From: Candidatus Hydrogenedentota bacterium
GTDB lineage: Bacteria; Hydrogenedentota; Hydrogenedentia; Hydrogenedentales; SLHB01
Length of the DNA stretch: 37,330 bases
Reading direction: 5' to 3'
Assembly: GCA_045863335.1 (NCBI GenBank)
Contig: BTVY01000056.1
Coordinates: 1 to 37,330, forward strand
This document shows, in pieces, positions 1 to 8,555 of the stretch; the stretch's first letter is position 1; each line of letters opens with the position of its first letter. The notes under the pieces were generated by a model. It was not told the origin of the DNA, ran no database searches, and was given only the letters and a program-made list of their open reading frames with translations. A program made the translations under genes and the position numbers.

Positions 1-49
1 GCAACTACATTGCGGCTTTCAGAGTGCGTAACCGGTACTCATAGAACCG

Positions 50-82
50 CACCCCTTTGAAGGGGGATTTAGGGGGATGTTC
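50..82. repeat. REP-like intergenic palindromic element (CCCCTTTGAAGGGGGATTTAGGGGGATG)
   Basis: Short hairpin CCCCTT-TG-AAGGGG followed by a repeated AGGGGGAT unit, downstream of the pqaA-like stop codon. Confidence 0.45.
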
Positions 83-129
83 CTTCAGATACCGGGACAA
101 GAAATGAAACGAATTTCAAATTCGCTACA

Positions 130-1563
130 CTAGCTGCGCACGACCCTCACAATCACGAAGACGGCTACGGCGATAACTACCGCCGTCAGCGCCAAAATCA
201 GAATGCCGGTGCTTCCCCCGCCCTGCCCCGGAATTGTTGCGACGGTGGTCAGCGTGTAGTTGTAGCCCAGTTCGCTGGGGTATTCGAGTTCCACGTAGTA
301 CGCCACGTACCCCTCGGCCGGTACTTCGACCTTGCCCGAATAATTGCCGTCGGGTCCCGCGGAGAGTTCTGAACTGCTCCACCCGGAGCCGATCGTCTGA
401 AGGCGGAAGTCCTTGTTGGGCGCGAAGGCGGTCCACAAACGCGCCCGTACCGGGGTCTCATTTGGTGTAACCACAAAACTGCCGTCGGGATTCATCTCCC
501 AGGTGAACGTGGGGGTCTTGCGGTTATTGAGAATGTTGTCGTAGAAGGCGGCGAGGGCCTGGATCGTGGGCTGGCTGCGATCGACACCGTGATCGGCGTT
601 GGCCTCGTAGCGGATGTGCTTCTCGCCCACCAGACCGGGGAAGTACAGTTCAGCCGCATCGATGGTCCAGTACTGATCGCCCGACGCCAGCAGGACCAGT
701 TTGGGTAGCGTCAGCGTTTCGCGATACTCATAGGGATCGACGATCTTCAGTAGATCCTGGCCCTCGCGGGTATTGATCCGGCCCTGGATGTCGAAGTCGG
801 TGTAGTCCTGGATGGCCTCGCTGTAGACGCCGTAGTAGGAAAGCTGGCGCGGCATTTGCTCGTCGAGGTTCAGCATGTCGATCACGATGGGCGCAATCGC
901 GCGCACCCGATCGTCCACCGCGCCGGTCAACCAGGTCGTCCAGCCGCGTTTGGAAGCGCCGGTAATCACGAAATTCTTAATGGACGTCTTCTTTTCCGAT
1001 TTCTTGCCGCAATAGTCCTGCACGCTGTCCATCGCGCGAACCGCGCTCTTGACCATGGGGCACAGCAGCGGCCAGCTCGGATCGCCGGTCTCGAGATACT
1101 TGTTGTAGGTGTACGCAATGATCTCGTCTTCGGTGCGCGTGCGGGATTCGTCCCGGAATGCGACCGGCTCGCACGGCACCCCCTGCAAGATGACGACGAC
1201 GGACTTGGTCTGCATGGCAATCAACTGCAACGGCAGCGGCACATCCTCGGGGATCTTGTCGTGCTTGTTGTTGCCGCCCGTTACGAGCAGCAACGCCGTG
1301 TCGTATTTCACGTCGTCGGGAACGATGATCGAAACCCAGTGCTCCCACTTGGACGGGGCCACTTCGCCTTCCTTCCAGGTCTGCGAAGTCATGTCGAGGA
1401 CGTGCGTCGTGACACCCTGCCCCGGAATGGTCTTCACGTGGCTGTACCGGTAAGACGGATCCGGCAGGTTGACGTAGTCGGCAAGTGGACCGGCGAATGC
1501 CGCCCCCGTACCTAGCAATGCCAACAGGACAGACAGGTAGCGTGACGGTACTGCGTACTTCAT
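130..1563 (-). CDS. pqaA: PhoPQ-activated pathogenicity-related (PqaA family) alpha/beta hydrolase, secreted, with C-terminal membrane anchor
   Basis: Family motifs MTSQTW, W.HW..I..P, RTEDEIIAY, PMVKSAVRAMD, nucleophile elbow GASKRGWTTW, IVDPY.YR, GDQYW..D and NADH. Start moved to the ATG at 1563, which gives a signal peptide (MKYAVPSRYLSVLLALLGTGAAFA). C-terminal hydrophobic helix followed by RVVRS. Confidence 0.85.
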   Translation of the reverse strand: MKYAVPSRYLSVLLALLGTGAAFAGPLADYVNLPDPSYRYSHVKTIPGQGVTTHVLDMTSQTWKEGEVAPSKWEHWVSIIVPDDVKYDTALLLVTGGNNKHDKIPEDVPLPLQLIAMQTKSVVVILQGVPCEPVAFRDESRTRTEDEIIAYTYNKYLETGDPSWPLLCPMVKSAVRAMDSVQDYCGKKSEKKTSIKNFVITGASKRGWTTWLTGAVDDRVRAIAPIVIDMLNLDEQMPRQLSYYGVYSEAIQDYTDFDIQGRINTREGQDLLKIVDPYEYRETLTLPKLVLLASGDQYWTIDAAELYFPGLVGEKHIRYEANADHGVDRSQPTIQALAAFYDNILNNRKTPTFTWEMNPDGSFVVTPNETPVRARLWTAFAPNKDFRLQTIGSGWSSSELSAGPDGNYSGKVEVPAEGYVAYYVELEYPSELGYNYTLTTVATIPGQGGGSTGILILALTAVVIAVAVFVIVRVVRS

Positions 1564-1626
1564 ACTGATGACCCCCTGATTCGAGAAGCTACTGCCCAGG
1601 CTTCCGTACCGCAACACCGCGCCCGA

Positions 1627-2142
1627 TCAGTCTCGCGTCTCTTCCCCCGGACCCCCGTCCCACGCGCCGGACGGACCAAAGTTGTACCGGTATGTCTCGC
1701 GGCCCGCGACGTCGGTGCGAATGGTGGCAGACGAAGCTTCCGCCTCAACCCGCGTCGCTACACGGGGACTCTGATAGACCTGGAAATCGTATTGCACGTA
1801 GCCCACGTATCCACGTTCGCCATGCGACGTCCGGGACACCGCCCGCGCGTCCATGGGCCGGTACGCCTCGTACACTTTGACTTCCTTGTAATACTTGCCG
1901 CCAAGAGTCCCTTCCTCCTGGAACTTGATATCGCCGTGGCGGCCTTCCACGTTCATGCGCTTCATCTCGGTTTTTCCAACCGCGTCCAGACGGGACATGA
2001 CGCGATCGCTGCCCGTCTCGTACCCTTCCGGCTTCTCGCCAATGCCGAAGTCATATTTGACCTTTTCCACCACCCCCACGTCGTTGTCGGAAGCACAGGA
2101 AACCACGAGCACGCAAAGCGAGGCTGCGAGTAGGATTCGCAC
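1627..2142 (-). CDS. Hypothetical lipoprotein (171 aa)
   Basis: GTG at 2142 is preceded by an AAGGAG SD. N-terminus MRILLAASLCVLVVSC-ASD has a lipobox Cys. No recognisable family motif. Confidence 0.7.
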   Translation of the reverse strand: MRILLAASLCVLVVSCASDNDVGVVEKVKYDFGIGEKPEGYETGSDRVMSRLDAVGKTEMKRMNVEGRHGDIKFQEEGTLGGKYYKEVKVYEAYRPMDARAVSRTSHGERGYVGYVQYDFQVYQSPRVATRVEAEASSATIRTDVAGRETYRYNFGPSGAWDGGPGEETRD

Positions 2143-2243
2143 TGAAGAAAGCTCCTTACCGGCTGTTCCAGCGACTCTAACCATGTGCGGCAGATTACGC
2201 CGCATGACACCTGCGTATTCTACCCGAGACCCGGGGGGCCGGG

Positions 2244-2504
2244 TCAAAGCGACGGGCAGGCAATCTCACGGAAACACCCGCTGTTTCGAATCGTGTAGAG
2301 CCCCGCACGCCCCATCACTTCCACTGCGCGCACCGCGACGACCTTGAAGATATCATCAGGAACCGCACGATTCCCCCGAATCGCAACCGGAATACTCTCC
2401 AACGCCTCAGGTTCCGTGGCGCCTTGAGACCAGCAGCTCGGAAGCCCCGGCGCGGAAACGCTGAATCCTTCTTCAGTTTTGTGAAGCGCGGTCTTGTATA
2501 TCAT
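2244..2504 (-). pseudogene. hicB: Orphan, probably degenerate HicB-family antitoxin
   Basis: MIYKTALHKTEEGFSVSAPGLPSCWSQGATEPEALESI matches the HicB pattern (EEG.SV..PGLPGC.SQG.T.EEAL.NI) with several off-consensus residues. It reads on past the usual VEV end, and no HicA is adjacent. Confidence 0.6.
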
Positions 2505-2628
2505 CTGGCTATCTCTCGTTTTCATCCTCGTTCCATGGTGCCACAACCCGATTCCAGGCACAGGGTTAATCCTGCAGGCAACCTTCGTCGGGGTGCCGGA
2601 ATTTTCTGGTTTGGCGTACAACACGAGC

Positions 2629-2875
2629 ATGACCAAACGCGCACAATCTTTACTCCGCGAAGTCCTGGCGCTGGCACCCGACGAGCGCGCGGACGTCGCT
2701 GCCGAACTGCTGGCGAGCCTCGACGAACCACCAGCCGAAGACCCAGCCGCCATCCAGGCCGCCTGGGCGAAGAAGGTTGAACGGCGCGCCCGCCGGGTTC
2801 AGGGCAGGTGAATCCGCGGGGGAACCCTGGGAAGTAGCCCGCGAGCGGATTACTCGTCGATTATCGGGCAATTGA
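2629..2875 (+). pseudogene. Putative addiction module antitoxin (TIGR02574-like), frameshifted
   Basis: MTKRAQSLLREVLALAPDERADVAAELLASLDE...AAWAKKVERR stops at 2811. The +1 frame continues AGESAGEPWEVARERITRRLSGN* to 2875, overlapping the toxin TTG start. One extra G in GGG 2802-2804 explains the shift. Confidence 0.75.
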
Positions 2876-3189
2876 CGCCACAGTTCAGGATTGAGCCGGA
2901 TGCTTCTGCCGAGCTTGAAGAGGCGGCAGTCTGGTACGAAATGCAACGAAGCGAACTCGGAAGCGAGTTTCTTCAAGCTGTCGACTCCGCGCTGGAGTTC
3001 ATCGCCGTTTTCCCTCAGACCGGATCGCCCATCCCAGAGCATTCACATGAAGAGCCCGCTCGTCGGGTAGCCGTCCGCCGGTTCCCCTTCCATATTGTGT
3101 ATCTTGAACACCTAAACGCCAACCGCGTTCTCGCGTGCGCACACGATTGGCGATTGCCGCGCTATCGGCAGTCGCGTGTCACGAATTAG
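2872..3189 (+). CDS. parE: ParE/RelE-family toxin
   Basis: A.AELEEAAVWYE...LG.EF..AV......I..FP..G and RR..VRRFPFHIVY...RVLACAH motifs. Coupled to the upstream antitoxin by a TTGA overlap. The C-terminus deviates from the usual RR.PGYW. Confidence 0.8.
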   Translation: MTPQFRIEPDASAELEEAAVWYEMQRSELGSEFLQAVDSALEFIAVFPQTGSPIPEHSHEEPARRVAVRRFPFHIVYLEHLNANRVLACAHDWRLPRYRQSRVTN

Positions 3190-3394
3190 CGCTTTAAACG
3201 TCGATCGCCGTCGCGCCTGTTGGGAACCTGACGAGAACTGTAACGCAATTTCGGCAATGGGATTCCCAGGAGTTTTTTTGGGGGGGGCAATTCGCTGGAA
3301 TGAACCTTTCTCACATTCTGACGTACAAAGTAATATGCGGCGCGAGCAGTCTCGGAATACACTGACTGGATCAGCGGCTTGGAGGGAAACTCCG

Positions 3395-5602
3395 ATGCAA
3401 TCGGCGCGGTTCAGGCGAGTCATTGGAAATCTCGGTCTGGTGTTCGGTTCCGTCATATGCGGTTGTGGGTATGAGCATGCCGAACGTCCCTTGCCGCCGA
3501 TACGCCCGGCAGTCGACGAAGGATGCGTAGTGGCGGGCGTCCTCTATGATGCAGTTGGCGTTCCGGTTTCTGCGATCGCCGTAACGGCCACGCGCGATCG
3601 GACCTGCAATCCCTTTACGGGGAATCCTCCATCTCAGCCGGAATCATTCACGACGATCACCGATGAACAAGGAAGATTCCGTATTGCGGGTCTTGGAAAA
3701 CACCCGTACAGTCTCGACGCGGTGTACGGGGACCTCTTCGCGCACGAATCGATCACTTTTGCAGAAGACCAAACGTTTATACCCGAAAAACTGCTGTGGC
3801 TCGACGTGCCGACTCCCGAAACAAGCTTGTTCGTTGACGGACGCGTGCAGGACTCCGCCGGGAATGCCGTTGAGGGTGCGTTGGTCTTTCTCCTTTCAAT
3901 CGACCTGGAAGGCAAGATCGTTTCCGACACCTCCAGGTGGGCGTCGACGAACGAAGACGGAACCTTCGCGTTCGATCATCTGCAATGGAACAGGTGGAAG
4001 GGCTGTGCACTGTTTGCGAAGGATTCCGAAGATAGATCGGCGTTTGCCGAATATGTGCCGTTTGGGGCCAACGGAACAATCCTAACCTTAACCGAAGGGA
4101 ATGAAACGCAGGGAGTGCTTCGGGATGTCGTACCCTCCACTGCAAGTGGCACCGACTCACCAAGCGGAGCCGATTCACCACCAGAGGTGCCGGATAGCGC
4201 GGGTCAAATCCATGGAATCGTTAAAGACGCGGACAACCATTTGGTTTCTGGAGCGGCGGTTCACGCCGTTCACAAAGCTGGATGGGAGGCTGGCCATGGA
4301 GAAGACAAGACCGGTCCCAACGGCGAATTTCGGCTTCACGGCACGAAAACCGGCGTCTACGACGTCACAGCCCAATATGGACGGTACTTCAGTCCACGCG
4401 TGAGGGTGCGTGCCGGTAAGAACAGACCGACCGAAGTCACACTCGAACTCAACGTGGTCGGCGGGTATATCCAGGGTTCCGTGCGCCAACCCGACGGGAC
4501 GGCGTACCGAGGCGCATCCATCAACGCCAAAGGCTCGAACGGCGCCGACTACCTTAACGATCGCGTCATGAATCCCGATGGGACCTTTCGCTTGGGGCCG
4601 TTGCGACCAGGTCGATATTCTGTGTATGCGAATCGAGATTACCGCCCAGGCAGCGACGTCTATCCGTCCAAGGTTAGCAAGCGCGTCGAGATCGAAATCG
4701 AGCCCGGCGGTTACGTCCCCGGGATTGACCTCACATGCGAAGGGTTCATGCAATGGTCAAATTGCCCAGCGCCCACGGGTCCCCTCCGTATTTCCGGGCA
4801 AGTCGTTGACGAGAACGGTTTGCACCTTGACCGCGCGGAAGTGGCGCTATATGGAGACCCTTGGAGTCTGCTGAGGCCTCGCGTCTACACGAACCACGAA
4901 GGCCGCTATGAGTTTACCCGCTTGCCGATGACGGAATGCCAAGTGGTCGTAGAACCGCCGTCCGAACTTCGTGGTGGTCCACAAGCTCTTTTCCGTGCCG
5001 AGTCCAATTCGGAGACGGGGAATAGCGATGTCGACCTTGTTTTGAGGCGGTGTTTCTCCTGCACCGGCCGTGTCATTCATTTCGAGACAGGCGAGCCGAT
5101 TCGTGAGTTTTCCGTCGGTGTGGCGCAGCACCCCAATCATGAGATGGATCATCGGGACGTGCTGGGGTTGGATTATAGATTTACCTGGACCCGGGTCACG
5201 GATTCAGAAGGGCGCTTCGCGTTATATGCACTGCCTCCGGATAAACCGGCGATTCTTGGTTTCCGCGCCCCGTTCAGAGGAACGGAGTTCCGGAACATTA
5301 CGCCAGCCGAGACGGACGGGACGCTCGACGTGGAAATCGCTCTCAAGCCCGGTGCCAGGCTTGAGGGCCTTGTTGAAGACTGGCGCGGCAAACCCACTAT
5401 CGGCGCTTACGTTGAGGTTCAGCCGCATGGCCTGTTTCAGTACTCGGACGCTCATGGCCGCTTTGGATTTGAGCTTCCCGATGTGGATACAGCGCGCACC
5501 GGGATCCTGGTCACCTATGGGGCAGAGAGGCAAGTGACTGCGTTGGACACTCCTGCATTAGGAAGTACCGCAACCGCAAGGATTGTCCTCAATCGGCCGT
5601 AA
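3395..5602 (+). CDS. Lipoprotein with tandem carboxypeptidase-regulatory-like (transthyretin-like) beta-sandwich repeats
   Basis: GGAGGG SD before the ATG at 3395; lipobox-like VICGC. Seven repeats of G.V.D..G..V.GA.V...T(D/N)..G.F (TDEQGRF, TNEDGTF, TGPNGEF, MNPDGTF, TNHEGRY, TDSEGRF, SDAHGRF). Confidence 0.8.
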   Translation: MQSARFRRVIGNLGLVFGSVICGCGYEHAERPLPPIRPAVDEGCVVAGVLYDAVGVPVSAIAVTATRDRTCNPFTGNPPSQPESFTTITDEQGRFRIAGLGKHPYSLDAVYGDLFAHESITFAEDQTFIPEKLLWLDVPTPETSLFVDGRVQDSAGNAVEGALVFLLSIDLEGKIVSDTSRWASTNEDGTFAFDHLQWNRWKGCALFAKDSEDRSAFAEYVPFGANGTILTLTEGNETQGVLRDVVPSTASGTDSPSGADSPPEVPDSAGQIHGIVKDADNHLVSGAAVHAVHKAGWEAGHGEDKTGPNGEFRLHGTKTGVYDVTAQYGRYFSPRVRVRAGKNRPTEVTLELNVVGGYIQGSVRQPDGTAYRGASINAKGSNGADYLNDRVMNPDGTFRLGPLRPGRYSVYANRDYRPGSDVYPSKVSKRVEIEIEPGGYVPGIDLTCEGFMQWSNCPAPTGPLRISGQVVDENGLHLDRAEVALYGDPWSLLRPRVYTNHEGRYEFTRLPMTECQVVVEPPSELRGGPQALFRAESNSETGNSDVDLVLRRCFSCTGRVIHFETGEPIREFSVGVAQHPNHEMDHRDVLGLDYRFTWTRVTDSEGRFALYALPPDKPAILGFRAPFRGTEFRNITPAETDGTLDVEIALKPGARLEGLVEDWRGKPTIGAYVEVQPHGLFQYSDAHGRFGFELPDVDTARTGILVTYGAERQVTALDTPALGSTATARIVLNRP

Positions 5603-5866
5603 GGAATCTCGCTCGCGCACATCGCCAGCGGTCTTTGAAGAACGGACCTCAAGAACTTTTTGGCACGTTGGATCCCCGGTTATTCGCACGATTGGCCCGG
5701 CGAAATGTTCGCTCCTTGTGCCTTCCACTGCAACGCCCCGGCGTACATTGGTAAGGAGAAATCCGCTGATGATCAATGACTCCAACCACGTCTCCTCCCG
5801 AGGATCTCGCGACTCGCACGTCACCTTGGGGAAGCCGATGCCGAGATTCCGCATACGAAGGACCGC

Positions 5867-6070
5867 AATCCGCAATAGACACCCCCCTTGAATCGTCAAA
5901 TCGGAAAGGGGGTGCACCCTCGTCCAAACGGACCTGCTTCTTTCGGCGCTTTCGCGCACAACCCTTTGCGTGATATGCGCTTACCAGAAAAATCCGAAAT
6001 CCGCAATCCGAAATCCGCAATCGCCACCCCCCCCTTGAACCGTCAAAAAGAAATAGGGTGCACCCCCTCG
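5867..6070. repeat. Two imperfect direct copies (~56-59 bp) of a palindromic element, with AATCCGC/AATCCGA heptamer repeats
   Basis: Copies at 5867-5922 and 6012-6070 share AATCCGCAAT..CACCCCCCTTGAA.CGTCAAA...GGGTGCACCC..TCG. The GGGTGCACCC palindromes lie at 5910-5919 and 6056-6065. Confidence 0.7.
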
Positions 6071-6168
6071 ACTGCACCGGAGCCCGGAGTTTGGAGTACC
6101 ACGATCGCGATCCGGATTCGATCCCGGGAGCGGTCCTTCGAGTTCCACACCTTCTCGATCCCTGACGG

Positions 6169-7914
6169 CTACTTCGCCGGTACTGTCTGCAATTGCACCT
6201 CGTAGGAATCGGTCGCGACGAAAGGCAGCACGAGCACCAGCTTCGCGGCTTCGAGTGCGGAGCTGCCATCCTTCTTGTAGGGGTTGTGTTGGCGGGCGGG
6301 CCATTGGAGGGTTGTGCCGGGGGGCATGGCGATGCGGAGACGGTTGTAGACGACGTGGCCGCCGGTTTGTTCGGCGGTGCGGGTCCAGGTTTCTTCGCCG
6401 AGGGAGATCGTCTCGCCGGTGGCGGTTTCGAGGGTGCCGCCGCGGTTGAGGAAGGGGATGTGCGCCTCGGCGTTCGCGCCAGCGGGAGCGCTGAAGCGGA
6501 GCGTCACGCCATCGCCGTTCGACGGCAGCGCCTCCACCCGGCAGGTGAGGTCGCCGTAGGTCAGCGCGAGCGCCGCACCGTCGCTAGTCTCTTCGAGGGC
6601 GGCCCCATCGGCGGTCCATTGCAGGGGGATCTCGGGGACGAAGTCCGGCGACTCGTCGCCGGGCCAGTGTTGGAGCAGGTCCGGATCGCCGACGGTGAAG
6701 GTGGACCAGTAGGGTTGCAGCTTCGTGTTGCCGCCGCCGATGACGAGGCCCAACGCGTCATGATAGATGTCGATCATGTTCTGGCGGTCCTGAATCCAGC
6801 GGCTGCCGCTGGGTTCGCAGGTGTAGCCGGAGAGCGCCCACTGCCAGGGCTGATGACGCTGGATCAGTGCGTTCCGGTCGGAGAGCCAGGTCGTCCCGGT
6901 CGCGCGGTCGGACGGCAGGGGTACGCCCTCCCCCGCTCCGCTGTCGAGCAGCATGGTGGCGGCGTAGTCCGCGTTGACGAGGTGGGTGCCGCCTTTGCTG
7001 TAGCGCCAGACCTGGCTGAGCAGAAAGCCGCGGCCCTCCTCGGTCCACGAGAACCCGGCGTTCCCCACGTCGATGCTGTCGTGATAGATCTGCCGCTCGT
7101 CGATAGCGGAGACCGTCGTCCCGTCCGGCCAGAGGACGCTGGCGTGAAACTGCGCGGCCCGGCGGAGGGCATCGAGCACCGATTCGTCCTGCGTGCGCGC
7201 GTAGTAGACGCCGAGCGCCTCCATGTAGACCCGGTTATAGCCGACGACCGGCCCGGAATGTTCCGACCAGAAGCCGACGGGGTTCTGCTCCGCCACGACG
7301 CGCGCCATGAAGCCTTTCGCGGCGTCGCGCCACTCGGCGTTGTCGAAGACCTGCCCCGCGATGGCCAGCGCCATGGCGTGGTGCGTGGGGATGTTGTGCG
7401 TGCCGCCGTCCATGTACTTGCGGATGCCGGCGAACCCGAGTTGGAGTCCCTGTTCCCACTTCGCGCGCGAGTCGTCGGGGAGCGCGTCCTTCACCAGGAC
7501 ATACGCGCGTATCCAGCGGCTGTAGGTCCACGGCATATGGATCTGGCCCCAGGTCGAGTTGTCCTTCTTGCGGAAGGTCCACATACCGTTCTCGTCCATA
7601 TCGTCGACGAGGGCCTCGCCGCCGCGCGCGATAGCGTGCAGGACGGTCTCATCGTGATACCAGGGATTCGCGGGATGCTCCGTGGCCCAGGCCACTGCGA
7701 GCGTATAGATGCGGTCCTGGTCGCGGCAGATCCACGGTTCCGTGCCGAAGCGGCCCGTGTCCTCGTGGAAGGCGTCCAAGTCGGGTTGGACCGATGCCAC
7801 GAGACTCTCCACCAGGTAATCCGTCGGCGGCCAAGTGGCCCACGGGTCCTCGGCGACGACCGGGAGCGATACGAGGAGCGATGCGGTGATGATGAATGGA
7901 GTGATTCGCGTCAT
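6169..7914 (-). CDS. Secreted hypothetical protein, possible alpha/alpha-toroid plus beta-sandwich (heparinase/lyase-like architecture)
   Basis: 581 aa with a Sec signal (MTRITPFIITASLLVSLPVVA) and strong GC3 bias. The helical N-half has HNIPTHH and GFWSEHSGPVVGYN (G.W.E..G....Y pattern); the C-half is beta-rich. The fold call is inference. Confidence 0.6.
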   Translation of the reverse strand: MTRITPFIITASLLVSLPVVAEDPWATWPPTDYLVESLVASVQPDLDAFHEDTGRFGTEPWICRDQDRIYTLAVAWATEHPANPWYHDETVLHAIARGGEALVDDMDENGMWTFRKKDNSTWGQIHMPWTYSRWIRAYVLVKDALPDDSRAKWEQGLQLGFAGIRKYMDGGTHNIPTHHAMALAIAGQVFDNAEWRDAAKGFMARVVAEQNPVGFWSEHSGPVVGYNRVYMEALGVYYARTQDESVLDALRRAAQFHASVLWPDGTTVSAIDERQIYHDSIDVGNAGFSWTEEGRGFLLSQVWRYSKGGTHLVNADYAATMLLDSGAGEGVPLPSDRATGTTWLSDRNALIQRHQPWQWALSGYTCEPSGSRWIQDRQNMIDIYHDALGLVIGGGNTKLQPYWSTFTVGDPDLLQHWPGDESPDFVPEIPLQWTADGAALEETSDGAALALTYGDLTCRVEALPSNGDGVTLRFSAPAGANAEAHIPFLNRGGTLETATGETISLGEETWTRTAEQTGGHVVYNRLRIAMPPGTTLQWPARQHNPYKKDGSSALEAAKLVLVLPFVATDSYEVQLQTVPAK

Positions 7915-8052
7915 GAATATCGTCCCCTATCATTCGACTTCTGGAGGCGTGGGTACACATCACGTGAAGGTGATTATGCGTTTCGAGATCTGGACCGTCA
8001 AGGAGTGGCGAGATTGATCGAAACCAAAGATCGAGGACAGAGGTTCAAAAAA

Positions 8053-8352
8053 CTAGGTGCAGTCCCGATCGACCCAGTATTCTGGATTTCGGTGCTGGTG
8101 GGCGACGGCGATAATAACGATGTGGTCGTCTTCGATGGAGTACATCAGCTTGTATGGGAACGTGTGGAGGAGTCATTTGCGAATGCTGTCGCGTTCAATA
8201 CTGCAGGCTTCCGGATAAGCTCGTATTCGCAACGCGGCCTTTCGCACGTCCTCTTCGAATTGACGGCCGAGTCCTGCGTGTTCGACCTCGTAATAACTAA
8301 CGGCGTCCTGCAATTCTTGTCGAGCCAATTCGGAGAATATGACGCGCATCAT
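8053..8352 (-). pseudogene. parE: ParE/RelE-family toxin with in-frame TGA at codon 60 (absent from the ORF track)
   Basis: Manual translation: MMRVIFSELARQELQDAVSYYEVEHAGLGRQFEEDVRKAALRIRAYPEACSIERDSIRK*LLHTFPYKLMYSIEDDHIVIIAVAHQHRNPEYWVDRDCT*. The TGA is at 8175-8173, and the start overlaps the antitoxin stop (ATGA). Confidence 0.85.
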
Positions 8353-8555
8353 TCTTTCCGAAAGATCTCCTCCATTGGCACTCCTTTCAGCCTGCCTTCC
8401 CGGTACGCGGTCAGTCTCCGCTCCGCCTCTTCAGCCCAGATTTCGTCCAGGTTTTTGTCAGGCTCGTCGAGGCTTTTGATTAAGCCATCAACCAGTGTGA
8501 AACGATCCTCTGGCTTCAGCTTCATTGCTTCATCGAGCAAGTCTTTCACGCTCAT
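8349..8555 (-). CDS. Putative addiction module antitoxin (TIGR02574-like), 68 aa
   Basis: AAGGAG SD; MSVKDLLDEAMKLKPEDRFTLVDGLIKSLDEPD..LDEIWAEEAERRL.AYREG is a typical addiction module component pattern. Confidence 0.85.
   Translation of the reverse strand: MSVKDLLDEAMKLKPEDRFTLVDGLIKSLDEPDKNLDEIWAEEAERRLTAYREGRLKGVPMEEIFRKE

Noticed and set aside
5660-5677. TTGGCACG as a sigma54 -24 box
   Set aside because: The -12 position reads CC, not GC.
5867-6070. Possible mini-CRISPR array
   Set aside because: Only two imperfect ~57-bp copies with a ~90-nt spacer, and no cas genes.
7915-8052. attC site after the TA cassette (integron hypothesis)
   Set aside because: No RYYYAAC...GTTRRRY pair with an internal palindrome, and no integrase in the window.
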